Positions 23,014 through 36,611 of a stretch of DNA of 64,000 nt are shown piece by piece. The DNA comes from Ginglymostoma cirratum (Eukaryota). The notes under the pieces are model-generated. The model had not been told where the DNA came from. It did not search any database and was given only the letters and a program-made list of their open reading frames with translations. The position numbers were made by a program, and so were the translations under genes. Numbering within the stretch: the first letter of the stretch is position 1; every line of letters begins with the position of its first letter. The stretch covers positions 30,733,687-30,797,686 of the forward strand of contig JAHRHZ010000140.1 in NCBI GenBank assembly GCA_024137785.1, in the 5' to 3' direction.

Positions 23014-24941
23014 GAACCAGCAACTTCTCACATTGGCTAATGCACCACACCTCTTAGTACTAAACATCCACAAACTGTAACAATTAGGACTCATGCCTAA
23101 TATTCATGAGCTCCACTTCTCTTTCACATACCTACCATTGCCACAGGCCTCCACACCCACATCTTACAGCTTCTACATACTTCCAGCTATTCAACTCTCC
23201 AGAAACTTTGCATTACAGTCATCAGTGCACCTCCTTCTCTGCCTTGTAGTTCAAGGCTAAGAAAGGAGAAACAAAGAATCAGTGGAGGCTAGTCATAGCT
23301 GCCCCCTACTCCCCTGTGGAATGAGCCAATGTTCCTAATTATTGATGAAGTAGTCACTGAGTCTGTTGCAACTGCCATTGTTGAAACCATTCAGGATGGC
23401 ACTATGTTCCTTTATAAGCACCTTTATAAATTCCACTTCACCCTCAGTCTGCATTCTGGTATGAATTGCAGTTGCAGGTGGAGTAACCATGGATTCCTTG
23501 CTTTCTATTCATCCTTCTCCATTTAACCTAATCCTCCAGGTTCCCATCAGCAAAACAAGGACCCAATTACCCTCTGTCCGAAATGCCTGGGGCAAATAAA
23601 ATGAACTCCTAGAGCAGTTCTGGGTTGCCTGCTCTAGGCAGTGTGGATGGGTGACTTTAATAAATAGTGCCAGTGCCATGATCCATGGGAGATCCTGACA
23701 GTGGCCAGTGGGTGCTCAAGGAGAGAAACTCTCAATGAAATTTACCAGAAGTGACACTTAGCTGAATTTTGTTAAGATTCAATGAGATTGCTTGCTAATT
23801 ACCCGCCTTTGGGCTTTCCAATGCCATTAAAGGTGAAGCTCCTGCCACTAAGAGGTGTTACTCAGTTGGACAGCTGGCAGCTCTACAATGTCAGCAGCAC
23901 CACCAGAATCAATGGCTGATGCTCGGAGTGCAGGAGGCCTGGTGCTGTGGCATTAAAGGAAGCCTCAAAACAACAGAGTGGTTTGGACTTACTGGAGCCA
24001 ATCAGGCAGGCCAAGGCAGGGCGGTTCATTTTTATAGAGCGTAGGGTGGCATATTTCAGCAGGCTGGTCATTGTTGTTATGGGCTCCTAAAAGGACGACA
24101 GAGTTCCCAATCAGGTGTGTCTCCCACTGCCTTCTGAGTATGTAAGGAGAATGCCAGCAGTAGAGGGATGAGAATTTCCATTAGTTAAAGTTAATCTGGA
24201 CATCTCCCAGCACTGATTTAATCAATGGGGTGTGAAAAAGATAGGAACACGATGGGTACTCAATCATTCACCATCTTTCAAAATTCACTGCATTTACTCC
24301 AATTACAGTTCAGAATTAAATTCCACCAAACACATGCAAATCCACACTCACCTCTGAAACACGCACAGTGTCAATATCTAAACTGGTTGATGTGGGTTTG
24401 TGTTTGAGGGATTGCTGTTCTTGGCCTTCATGTTCTTACGCGAATATTTGATGAGTTGAGAAACTTGAGCAAGTGAAAGGAAGAGGGTCAAGGTATTATG
24501 AGGTCAAGGCGAAATGAGGTGAGATGGTAGATAAGGTAGGGTCGTAACTTCATCTCCTATGATCTCCGTCCTGCCATTGGCCATTGCGTCAGTGAGAGCG
24601 CTCCCATATGCTGACCACTGCTTCCTCCATGGAGCAGGGACTTACATCCCCTGCTTGGCTCCAGCCAGGGATCTGTTGCTCCTGACATGACGTATCCACA
24701 TTGTTCTGAGAGACATGGAATAGTGCCAGTAGGTTTTAGGCTAAGTGTGCCGTGAATGTCAAGATTCAAGAGCTGACAGTGTGTGAAAACTGTGATGTAT
24801 GTGTGAGGTTCCCAGCAAATCTTATTGTGATTGATAAGGTGATACAATACATGCTAGGTATGTGCTTTGCTTGATAGAGATTTTTGACGGATGAATGAGA
24901 GGCATATGGTAAATTGAGCAATGTGTGAAGTTAGTAGTACA

Positions 24942-25130
24942 ATTTACCTTGACCACTCATCTGAAGTCATTAAGTTTCTTACAGAACTACATCAGATCCT
25001 CATGGTGACACTATTTCTATTGGCATCATTGATTACCTGCTCCCAATCTCTCTAAGTTTGTCTTGAAGGCTTCCTGTATCCAAGTGGATGCTGGACGTCT
25101 CCTATCTGTCCCCCTCCTACACCAGCGCTT
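24942..25130 (-). mobile_element. Harbinger Myb/SANT-like exon remnant
   Basis: Minus strand WEQVINDANRNSVT...FCKKLNDFR*VVK followed by AAG|gtaaat. It has the same gtggtcaag|gt junction as the 22802 copy. Confidence 0.6.
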
Positions 25131-25132
25131 AC

Positions 25133-26310
25133 AATCTCAGAATCTCAGAATTGTTCTCCTGTTTTTTCCTCATAACCCTGAATATTGTTTCTATTGAAAT
25201 ACTCATCCAAAGCCCTCTTGACTGCCTCAATTGAACCTGCCTCCACCACATTTCCAGCATATTCCAGACCCTAAATAATTTTTGTGTGAAAATGATATTT
25301 AATTACCGTGTTTACTATATTTACTCTGCCCAGCACCCTCATGGTTTTGAAAACTTCTATCAGATCTCCTCTTAAACTTTTCCTCTACAAGGAAAACAGT
25401 CTCAACTTCTGTAATCTATCCTTATAACTGAAATCTCTTAACCCAGAACAATTTTCAGAAGCCTCTTTTGCATTCTTTCCAATGCATTCTCATCCATCCT
25501 GAAGTATGGCACCTAGAAGTATGTACAGCTGAGGTCTAATTCATGTCTTGTAAATGTTCAGCATAATCTCTTTGCACTTGTACTCAATGCCCCTGTTATA
25601 GCTTAGGATGTACAATTTATTAACTTTACCTGTCCTGCCATCTTCAGTGACTTATGCATTTATACACCCAAGTTTCTACTCCTGCGCACTCTTTCAGGAA
25701 ATGTCCTTTATTTTAATGTGCATCACCATGTTCTTTACATCAAAATGTATCATTTCACACTTCTCCAGCTTGAATGCTATCCATCCACTCCTCCAATTAA
25801 TCAATACCTTTTTGTAATTTTACTCCTCATTGCTTACAAAATTTCCTAATTTTGCATCGTTTGCAAGCTTGGAAACAGTCCCCTGAATACCAACATCTAA
25901 CTCATTAATACATAGCAGGAAAAACAAGGATCCCAAAATTGATCCATGGGCACTCCGCTACAAATATTCCTCCAGTCTGAAAAATATCCATAAAGCCCTA
26001 TTCTTTGATACAACACTGATGAGGTATAGAACACAATGTTGTTGCTGTTGGATTTATTCCATAAACTATAATTTTTCTCAAAAGTCTGTTGTATGGCACT
26101 GTGTCAAATACATTTTGCTCACAATGTTAACAACACTGCTCTCTTCAGTTTTCTGTGTTACTTTGTCAAAAACTTCAGCAAATTAGTTAAACATGATTTT
26201 CCCTTTAGAAATGCATACTGGCTCTATCTAATTAACCCACATTTTTCCATGTGACTATTAATTCTCTCTTGAACAATTATTTCAAGAAGTTTTTCCACTA
26301 CTGACTGGTC
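25133..26310 (-). mobile_element. Old CR1 LINE RT/3' fragment
   Basis: Reverse complement has decayed aaaatgtatttgacacagtgccatac (AFDKVPH), caaacgatgcaaaattagg (ADDTKLG), ttggaaagaatgcaaaagagg (LERVQRR) and a ttctgagattctgaga tail. Confidence 0.8.
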
Positions 26311-28109
26311 TGCTATAGTGGGCAATGGGGAAAGAGTAGCAGTGATTTAGAGGTTTGTGAGAACGATTGTGACAAAGGACAGGTAGATTGTGTAGTCTGG
26401 TGCTTAAACTGTGGTTAGGGTAGGAATATGCAGTTATATGTGCAATGAAGTGTCAGCTGTGCCACTTATGTGCTGTAAGGAACATTGGGTTGTGTAAGCT
26501 GTGTCACCACATTGGTGATGAAGGATAGCCCTGGACTGCCAATGCTTAGTGCACAACTGTGGGTCAAAAGATGGTACTTGGACTTGGGATCCTGGTATAT
26601 CCCTGCCGTAGGAAGTACTCCTGGCTATGGCGAGTGGGAGAATTAGGCTAGCAGTGGACGAAAGGCGTGCCACAGGGCATTGTAACTAGTTAGTGAGGCA
26701 AGTTTGCGACAATTATACAAAAAATAACTCACAAGGCCTTATGGAGAGAAACCTCTATGAAACTTGAGGAAACTGACATCTGATTTCCGATAGAATTAGT
26801 TAATGTTTCTAATTCATGCACTAATATCCTACTGGGAAAAAAATTGCTAAAATAAGAAATGTATAAAATTTGTCGCAATTATTTCCAAAATAAGATTCAC
26901 CAGCACAACACCAAGATCACAACAACAATGAACACCCATTTGCAATCACTGTGGTAAGCAACATAATAGGTGACAGATGCTCAGTGCGCTCTTTCTATGC
27001 AGGAAATACTGTAGAGTACGTCATGGACACCTTCTGTATCTGAGGTTTTATGGAAACATTTATTTAGTTACTGCTCCCTTTTTGATACCTTCTTTGATTT
27101 TACTTCTTTATATTCTGAAGACCCAGGTAAATGAACATTGGATACACAAATGGAACAAATGGCTTACATAATGTTTTACATAGATAACCAAACTTGTGAA
27201 TGGTGAAGATGCAAATATGAGAATTTACTTCACGACACTTACTCAAAATACAAAATCAAATTCATGACGTACTATCATAGATCTCAATACAAGTATTAAC
27301 TTTCAATTCAAGATTTGGGGTGAAGCTGATGCAGTCACATAAAAATTCTAAAGAAGACATTCAAAAGAACATGCGTTAATTCAAAAGAAAATTCTGAGTA
27401 CATTGTTGTAATAGATGGGAAAGTTTTCAGTTTTGTACTTTTAAAAAATCTTTAACTATTTAGGGATAGTGCTGGAGGTAAAGCATTTTCAAACAGCATT
27501 TTGAGAGAATAATGGGAACTTAGTATTGAGTGATGACAGGTTGTACAATCACAGTAATAAACTGCTTTGGCAAAATATATTTTCAAAGTGATAATGGAAA
27601 CTTATAATGATCAAAAAATGACACAAAATGTGCAACCATAGAAAGGAAAGTGGTTCAGCCTCGATGTGTGATTATTAATAAAATGTGCAGTGAATTCACA
27701 CATTCAACAATTTAAGTTACAAATCCTGTGAAATAGTTTGCATTATATGTAGATACATTAATAGCTACTTTATACTTGTAATGTTATATTAGTAAGAAAC
27801 GGTAATAAAGATACCACCAGCATCAGATTGCCAATATAAACCACCATGAGTTCTCAGCACAGCTTGCAAAGTGCCAGCATAACTTACTTCATCTCAGTTG
27901 GCCTCAAGTTGGTGTCAAATCAATTTATCTTGAATGTAAACAGTAACAGTGTTGCACTATGGCCTGTTTATCCACAGATTCCCCTTTTTTCTCCTCAGCA
28001 CGGTGATATATAAAACATTTAATATACCATCATTCTTACTGAAGAGTTTAAAACACTTAATTTACTCTGTGGACCATAAAAGCACTAATGTCCAATTTCA
28101 GCAATAGTT

Positions 28110-28230
28110 TTATGTCATTTCTTACATTACAACTGTGACTACAATTCAAAAAGCACTTCATTGGCCGTGAAGGGCTTTGGGACATCCTGAGGTCGTGAAA
28201 GGTGCTATATAACTGCAAGATTTTTTCTGT
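28110..28230 (+). mobile_element. SacSINE1/Deu SINE 3' tail
   Basis: tttcttacattacaactgtgactacaattcaaaaagcacttcattggccgtgaagggctttgggacatcctgaggtcgtgaaaggtgctatataactgcaag. Confidence 0.8.
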
Positions 28231-30959
28231 CTCTATCTACCTATTTATTTTCTGATCTATATATTTTGCATATCTATATCAGAAATGTGTCTGAGTAAGT
28301 GTTTGTGTGCTGGTTCCTTTATTATATTGTGATGAATAAGTAAGGACAAGTGTGAATACAATGCATGAACATCACATTCTGAAGTGAAAATGAAATGAGG
28401 ATAGATAGTTATAATACAATGTAGATTATTTAAAATGAAGTCTTGTTGGATGGATAGCATAAATTGCAGCTACCATTTAAAAAATCCATGAGCCATTGTG
28501 TTTTTAACAATGTAATGATGTGCATTCTTCTTTCTACGTAAGGTAGGATCAGATGATGAATTAGATAGTAATTTTAAGCAGGTTATTTTAAAATTGTATG
28601 TCCATGAATAGAATTGAAATGAATTTAGAGGAATGAAAGTCCGAAGTGCAACACATAAAAAAAGTTATTGCTGTCCTACTGAGCAGTCTGGTTTTAATAA
28701 TGTATTTAGCTGCTGTCTGGTGTTTCCTGCCTGTGAGAACAGACTCCCTTGTACTAGTGACTCTTGTGAATTTTGTATCATTAATCATTCTGATTACAAA
28801 AGAAATCCAAATTTTCTTTTTGTCAGTCTGATATGTAGTTACCTGAACTTAGCCACGGATGGGTATGATTTAAGAGCTCTAAGCAATGCTTTCTCCTGTC
28901 CTAACTTCTTTGTGGTAGCAAAAACTTTAAAATCTTTTGACTAAATTAAACAGATGTGCTGACAAATCATCAACTGAAAGTATAACGTTTGAAGACCTCT
29001 ATGGGCTAGAGGTTCCAGGGGCTCTGCTCTGCCAGTCTAAATATTTTGGAGTAATTTGCTCCTGTCTAAAGGTGGAGACCAAACCCAGAACCCAGTGTTG
29101 TGGGCATTTACATATTTATGGTATGTGTCTGGTGTCTGCAAGTCATCACAATTAGGACTAAGTTTATCAGCCCTTCTAAGTTAAACCAGCATTGCTGTTC
29201 CAAGACCTAATTAGGACGAAGAATAACATTTATTTGCAAGTTTCGGCTCCTACTGGAGTCACTCTGAGCAAGGAAGGTGATTAATTCATTTTGATATTGA
29301 TTATTGATATTCTGGTAAAAATTTGGCTTTCTATTATCAAATGGGTTCCATGGAAAATTTCTGGGATCTTAAAGGAGGAATTGCTGAGGGAACATTCCAT
29401 CAAGACAATTGATGTAGCAGGTTAGGCAGAAGATCCATTCACATTCCCAACAAAGCTGACAACAAAATATGAAAGATCTAAATGTGGTGTAACTCCAGGG
29501 TTTTGATCCATAAGTCCTGACTTTCTCACAAGCAAGAAAAGGTACCCCAAATCCATAACTCCCAATATCTAAATGGAATGTAAAAACAAGTTGAATACCT
29601 ACAGCAACTGCTATGATTTATAGGGATTTTGTGAGATGAGAATTATACAGTTGATAGTTGCAATGTAAAACAAAATTGTCCTTCATAATTCGTACATTAG
29701 AAAATACTTAAATATATCTGAAAACATTTGATATGAGTTGTTAGTGTCACAATAGAAAAGTTTTGCAAATAAAATAGAAAGGTAAAAGAAGCCCCTAGCA
29801 TTTCGGAATAGAAAAATAATTGTCAAAAATGGGAGGTAAAACATGCATGATAAAAGAAAAAAAGAAGTGCAGATAGGAATACAGGCCATTAGATTTATAC
29901 AATACAGCTGAATTGAGTTGATTTGATGGAACAATGAAAATGACAGGAACAATCCAGCAAATGCTGTTCACAGAAGGAGCACAGGATATGCAGTAGTAGG
30001 AACATTATGGAGGTGAAATTGCTACAGTGAGTGTGTTAAATGAGGGTTAAAATTTCCTCTTTTTAGTGCACTCACAGCAAAGGACAATTTTGCCCTGTGT
30101 GGTTTCTGCAAGATGCGACGCATTACAACAAACCTTTGAATAAAAAGCCAATAGGCACAAAGCTGCAATAATATTACTGAACCACTTGTTAAGTTGCTAA
30201 CCATGCACTTAATGAGCTGAAATCTGCAAAAGATTGTTTATGTTGCAAGTGCTCTTTGTAGTAATTGGCTTAGGTGAAATTGAAAGAGCCCAATACGACC
30301 AGAAGGCCTTTCGATTGCTAACATCATTAAAGCCATTCTTCTGTTGTTTTGAATAACAAACTGCTGTTGGTGCTAAAATTATTGAGTAACAGATGTAGTA
30401 GAAGACAGCCAGATAAATAGCCAAATACTTTTATTATCACTTCTAATTATTATTAAGTATACCCTGTTCTATATATATAAATCTGTGTTTGAAGTTTGGT
30501 TAGCAATCAGAGATCCTCTTATCAAATGCTTCTGTGGAGATTTATTGTTGGCTTCCAAGCACAGAAGAAAGCCTAAAATCACCAAGGAACACCAACCAGT
30601 GACTTTCAGTCCAAGACCGACCTGCTACATGAAGGCTTTTTGCTAACCGATGAATAATCTCTGATGACAGTGAGCATGGCGTAGTAGTGGGAAGGTATCA
30701 ACAACAGTTTGGAGTCAGAGCCCTTCACAAACGAATAACTGACCTTCTGAAACAGTCCTATCATCTTTCTGTGCAGCAATGGTTCTAAGCATTTACCAAC
30801 CAAAAAGATCCACCAGCAGATAGCTTTATGGTCTGTAATCAAATTCTCCATTAGGTATATACCTAGGATTCATGTTAAAAATAATCTTCTATTGGATTCC
30901 ATATTCAGTCAATAATCCAAAGCAAACACCTTTTTTTTTGTATTTCCAAGGAGGAATCT

Positions 30960-31425
30960 TTGATATTACGAAACATATCAGTGCTATAGCTTACCAAACA
31001 TTTGGTAATCCTGGGCTATGCAAGTTGTGTGTGGGATCTTTATATGAAGAAAGGTATTCAAATAAGATTGAAGCAATCCAAAGAAGTGCTGCTCAATTTT
31101 GCATGAATCAGTATGGGAGATACACCTGTGTCATGTCATTGATCAACAACTGGAATGGGGAACAGTAATAAAGCAAAGGATGGAGACAATAGACTGACCA
31201 TGTTTATACAATATGAAATGGACTGGTGGGAATTGACAGTAGCAGCTGCCCTCTGTCAATGATAAAATACAAGGTAGCCATCCATGCTAACTACAAAGAC
31301 TATTTATTTCCAAGACACTTTATCAAAAATCTTTCTTCTCAATGATAATTTCAAAACAGAACAATCTGCCAAAAGAAATAGCCGGAGCTCCATCACTTGA
31401 AATCTTCAGGACCCATCTTTAGATT
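30960..31425 (+). mobile_element. Old CR1/L2-group LINE C-terminal fragment of a different lineage
   Basis: AYQTF...VWDLY...NKIEAIQRSAAQFCMNQYGRYTCVMSLINN...NGLVGID...SFF...NNLPKEIAGAPSLEIFR, compared with the IEAVQRRAARF..NDY.RYSSVT.ML / WNxLP motifs. Confidence 0.75.
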
Positions 31426-31939
31426 ATTTCTATTTAAAAAATATCAGGATTCTCTTGTCTGCAGGGAATACCTAGTTAACTAACACTGCCCATGTACTGG
31501 TTGGCAGAATGCCGATACAACTAAACCTGAATCGGAAGGGGAAGCAAAAGTAAAAGAATCATTCACATGTCACATGAAAGTTGGTGCAATTCAGTTTGCA
31601 AATGAGGCTGTCAGAATAGGTGTGCAAATGCAGATCCTCATCTTCCTCCAATAGAACTTGTGTATACCAGATTCCCAGCGAGAAGTCCTAGTGTTGAATA
31701 AGTTGCAACAAACAAAGCATTGGCCAAATGCTTGTGATAAACGGTAAGGAAAGAAGCTGACAACAGAGATCAGAATCTACAGAATCAGGCAGAGTTCCTT
31801 AAAATCAATTCCATCAATACTAGAAACTCTGGATTCGCATTTTCTGGGGCTGACTGAAATAACCACATCCTATTGTGGTGCTAAGAAATTGTATCCAGGA
31901 TGGTACTATGTTTTGCCTATTTAACAATAGCGACTAAAT

Positions 31940-32265
31940 TTCCAAAGTAATTCTTTGACTATAAGTCACTTTTGATTCTCCACAGGACATGAAAAGTGCT
32001 ACATAAAATCAGGTTCTTTCCTTTATTATCTAATTAGGGCTTATTTCAAATATACAAATTACTAGTCTGATGGGGTGCCAGTAATGCCAAAGAGAAATGT
32101 TAATTGAAGTCAAAAAAAACACTAACCAGATGGAAAATTTGTCTGACAGTCCCCTGGATTTCCAGCTAGTTTTGATAAGTTACATCCAGAAAGAAAATGA
32201 CTTGCATTTATATAGTGCCTTTCATGAGGCAATGAAGTTTAGTCATCATTGTAATATTGGAATTT
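31940..32265. mobile_element. Two decayed Deu/SacSINE1 tails facing each other (31940-32020 +; 32188-32265 -)
   Basis: ggacatgaaaagtgctacataaaatcaggttctttc and gaaaatgacttgcatttatatagtgcctttcatga. Confidence 0.5.
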
Positions 32266-33379
32266 TCTTTGTGAAATGTGTTTGAACATTAAGCCTTATC
32301 AGTCATAGTTATTGTCGCATTAAATAAAACTTTATTTGCAATTGTATTTAGAAGGGAACACCCTAAAGTTTAATTTAAAATTATAACTTGAGTTTAAACT
32401 ATTAGTTGTCCCTATTTCAATACTTTATAGAATTTTCACATGTTATAATGTTCATTTGTATGCCATTCTTTCAATATTTTGTGGTATGGTGCATATTAAA
32501 TGATTTGTACCTGTCATAACACATTGGATACAGTCTGTACATACGTAAATTACCTGGCAAAATAGACATTGTGCCATCTGTACTATTTTATTTGGTGTTT
32601 TACAGTCACAAAGTGATTGTTAATAAAGCCCCATTTCTGATGGTGTGAAACATATAAATACACAAGGTCCAGGCTTCCACTATGGCAGAGCATTATACTG
32701 AAAAACAGGGCTTGATGCCAGGATAGCTGTACCTCTTGTGTTTTGTATGTGTGCCAGATGGGTGTATGAAGTTTCTTCATTTAGAGTAGGAAGTTGTTTC
32801 ACATATATTGGGTGGCAATCAGATCATCCTTAATCTCATGGCAAAATGCTACTTCGCATTATTGCGGCAGTTGGCTGGATTTGTTTACTTTTTACAACTG
32901 GAACATACAAGAATTCCCCATTGTGTTTAAAGTGAAACCCTACTTCTATGAACTGATGCAGCACACAGCAGACTCCAGTCATTTAGAATCCTTCCATGTC
33001 CATGGACTGCAAAGTCTCTCTAAACAGTCCAAATACAGAATGCCTGCTTGAAGATGTTACATTTCGCTCAATGGCTCGCGTCTTTCTCTTTCACGTTTGA
33101 TTGTACCTATGTTCAGTTGGCGGTCACAAATAATAGCTTTAAGCCATGTTTTCGGCTCCAGTCCCCAAAGTTCTGCAGCTCGGTTTCAGATTCAAAAAAG
33201 TACAACCAGAGATTGCTTGTTTAAAGTAAACTCATGTTTGACAAATCTATTCAAGTTTATGGAAGAGTAACTAGTAGGACAGATAAGAGAGAACCATTGA
33301 TGTGGTATATATGTATTTTTCAAAGGACTTTCAAGAAGATGCCACACAAGTATTGTTACACAAGAAGAGGGCTCACACA

Positions 33380-34115
33380 TTAGTGGTAATATACCAACAT
33401 GGGTTAGGAATTAGTTTAGGGGCTGGAAAATAGGCGGCAGGATTAATTTGGTCATTTTCAGGATGACAGAGTGTAGTAGTGACCTGATACAATGCCAGTG
33501 CTGGAGCCTCAGCTATTTACAATATATCAATGGCTTAGATAAAAAAAGAGATTGAATGTAACATATCTAAGTTTGCCAATGATACACAATTAGATGGAAA
33601 AGTGAGCTGTAAGGAAGATGCATAAATAACTGACAACTAGTTAAATAATTGGGCAAGAATAGCTGACAGAGTGTACAGTGGGACTGTATAAAATTATCAA
33701 AGGAAGAATGAAAAAGTGCAACTTGTCTTTAACAGAAGGGAGTCAGGTAAATGTAGGTACTCAAAGGGGTTTGGATCTTATACATGAATCACAAAGTTAA
33801 CATGTGTATGGCAATTAGTTGATTACATACTAGGTTTTACTTCAGGGAAGTCGGCATATAAGAACAAAGAAATCTTGCTGCTACATGCATTAAGGCTATG
33901 GTATACTCCTTTTGGTCTTCTTACCTAAGGAAGAACTTTCTTGCCTCAGAGGATGCTACATTGAGGTTCATTGAGTCCTGAAGTGAGAATTAAGGAATAT
34001 TAGTGGAGAAAGTGGAATTAACCTAAATATTCAACCATGATATTATTAAATGGTAGGGCAGGTTTGAGGCATATTTATCTTCTCCTGTTTCTGTATTTTA
34101 TATTTCTGTGTTCAT
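33380..34115 (+). mobile_element. Old CR1 LINE RT/3' fragment
   Basis: cagtgctggagcctcagctatttacaatatatcaatggcttagat (SVLGPQLFTIYINDLD), tctaagtttgccaatgatacacaattag (SKFADDTKL) and a CR1-like tail near 34030-34110. Confidence 0.8.
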
Positions 34116-36611
34116 ATTAAACTGTAATAGCAGGAATTGTGCGTGGATATACTCTGTAATTTAGAGATCAGCAACGCATTAAGAAAGTTGATGTAGATAC
34201 CAGGGTTGACTGTTGGCTCTCTGAACTTCATGTCAGTGCTATCATTGACCCAAAAGACCAGGGGAAGCAAGGAATTGTTACTGTCTAATCAATTGTTTCT
34301 ATAGGATATGTTAGGTTAAGTTTGGATAATATAAGAATGGATAGGAAAAGGAAGGAAAAAACAAGGGGGTAGGGAAGGGAAGGAGGAAAAGGGAGATAAA
34401 TATTTTTTCCTGGTGGTTGAATCATTCATGCCTTTCCATTCATTTATACAACTGACGTTGTGGGTTAGCAATTTGTCTTGGATGCTAACACGTGAACAGC
34501 CTGATATACTTCTTGCACAATATTCAGTTCCAATGAAGTTCACAACACTGTATATCCTGTGCAGTGGATAATGGGCATTCAATGTGATACAGCCCAGGAT
34601 GAATTTCCATTCCAATAAATGCTGTTTAACCATTGCAGTAAAATGTGCTGTGCATGGAAAAGAAAACATTTTTTGAGAGTTGCGGGCAGTCCACATATTA
34701 CTCAAGAGCTGATGTCAAGAAAATATTTAAAAAAGGATCCAGTGCAATCTGGCAAACATTAATTAAAATGAAAAGTCCTGTAAGATATATGTCTTATGTG
34801 CAGAATCGCACTATTATTCTACCATATGTGTGATGGCTGTTCCAGAACTGTTTTACAACCAGTGGTTTCTGTTAGTCGCTGTCGCATGAAGAATGTTTAA
34901 ACGTTAATGTGTTATCTTTGTGATTTGTCATGTTATAAGTTTCCTTTTGACCATAAAGCTGCACTAACTGAGCAACTTAAATACAATATTCCTTCCAATA
35001 TTACATTTTTAATTGATTTCAAATGTATTATTCGATTAGTTATTTGTGAACTGATTAAAGTCACATAATTACGACTTTCTTCCAAGGGTTTTTTCGATCA
35101 GAAAAATATTTCAAGAAATGCAAATTTGAGATACATGACTGAAATAGTTAACAGTCATACAATATGTGGTTGCTCTTCTAGTACAGAAATTAGGGGCAAT
35201 CATAAATCTAATGTGTGAATCACAAATAGGGCAGGCTAGAAAAGGGTTATTTGATGCAAACTTGGATGTGTGGGTTGAGTCAAAATTGATCCAGGGTTAT
35301 TCTATTCTTCACCTCACAGGTAATGTGCTCAATGATGCACAAATATTTCTTGTTATGTCTAACACAGTTGGTGATAGGTTTGAAAGGGTACAATATGTGC
35401 ATATTCTTTGTAATTTAAATAACTTGAATGTTGCATATGGATGTTAAAGAGTTAATACTTGACTATGTGCACTAAGCACCATACATTATGATGAGTGATG
35501 AGAACTTGGAGACAGTAAAGAAGGAGCTTGTAAGAGATGGACCCGAGGCTAGTATCTTTAAAAGCCTCTATGGTAAAGTCATTCATGTAACCTGCAAAGA
35601 GTTGCCATAATGCAGTAAACATCACAGTGTTTAATCAACAAGACTCTTTTAGTTGACCAAAAAGATGGCTATCCTGCTTCATGCGATATCACTTTGGGCT
35701 TGAACAAACCCAGATGCACAAGACCAAACTTTGATTTATTCTGTGTATGGTCTTCCACTCAGCTGAAGACAAGGCCGTATCCTGCATAGTTAATAAAGAA
35801 ATTCTGAAGTTTAAAATGACAGCTTCTGAATGGCATAACCAAGAGAATACACAACAGTTATATACCCATGACTTGGTATTTACCTTGATGGGTTGGAGAG
35901 AGGCAAGCAGTTTTTACTGGATACTTGTACTTTTCACTGATGGAAACACCAGTCAATGGATATCCACACTGTGATCTGAAGGACTGTGGCAATTAAATAA
36001 AAAAATTTAAATGAATCGTGCTGGTCAGTATTTACTTGGGAAGGCCTTTCTATCTGCTGTTCACCTTATGAAGGTTAAAATTGAAGTTGCCTGTAACTTA
36101 ATAAATAACTAATAACTATAATCTTCAAAGACAAGCTCAAATAGGCTTCTTTTTGAGATTAGCTGGTTATGGGAAAATGGAAATTTTAAATCAAGTTGAT
36201 TCTTTGTGGCAGTTCAGTAATCTGATACTTGAGCAAAACAAATCTGCATTACTTCAGAATGCTGTTGACAATGTATCAGTCAGTGGGATTCTTTGATTGG
36301 ACTGGAGGGATAAACATTTCATTAAGAATTGGAAATCGCTCTATTTGTCTCCAGATAATCTAATAAAATAAGATCCCAGCAGATAGGATGGTCCTAGTTG
36401 AGAGTTTGTAGGAAACTTGGCAGTGATTTGTGCTAATATTTGCTAATTATAACCCACATAATCACTACAGTGATGCTTAGAGCAGAATAGGTCACAAATT
36501 TATTGGATTTTCCATTGATCTTCAACTACAACTCTGCAAAACCTCAGCAGGAAAGATTTGAGTGCTCCTGGTTTCAGTGCTGGAGACAATGGCAAAATGT
36601 CCTGATTTATC

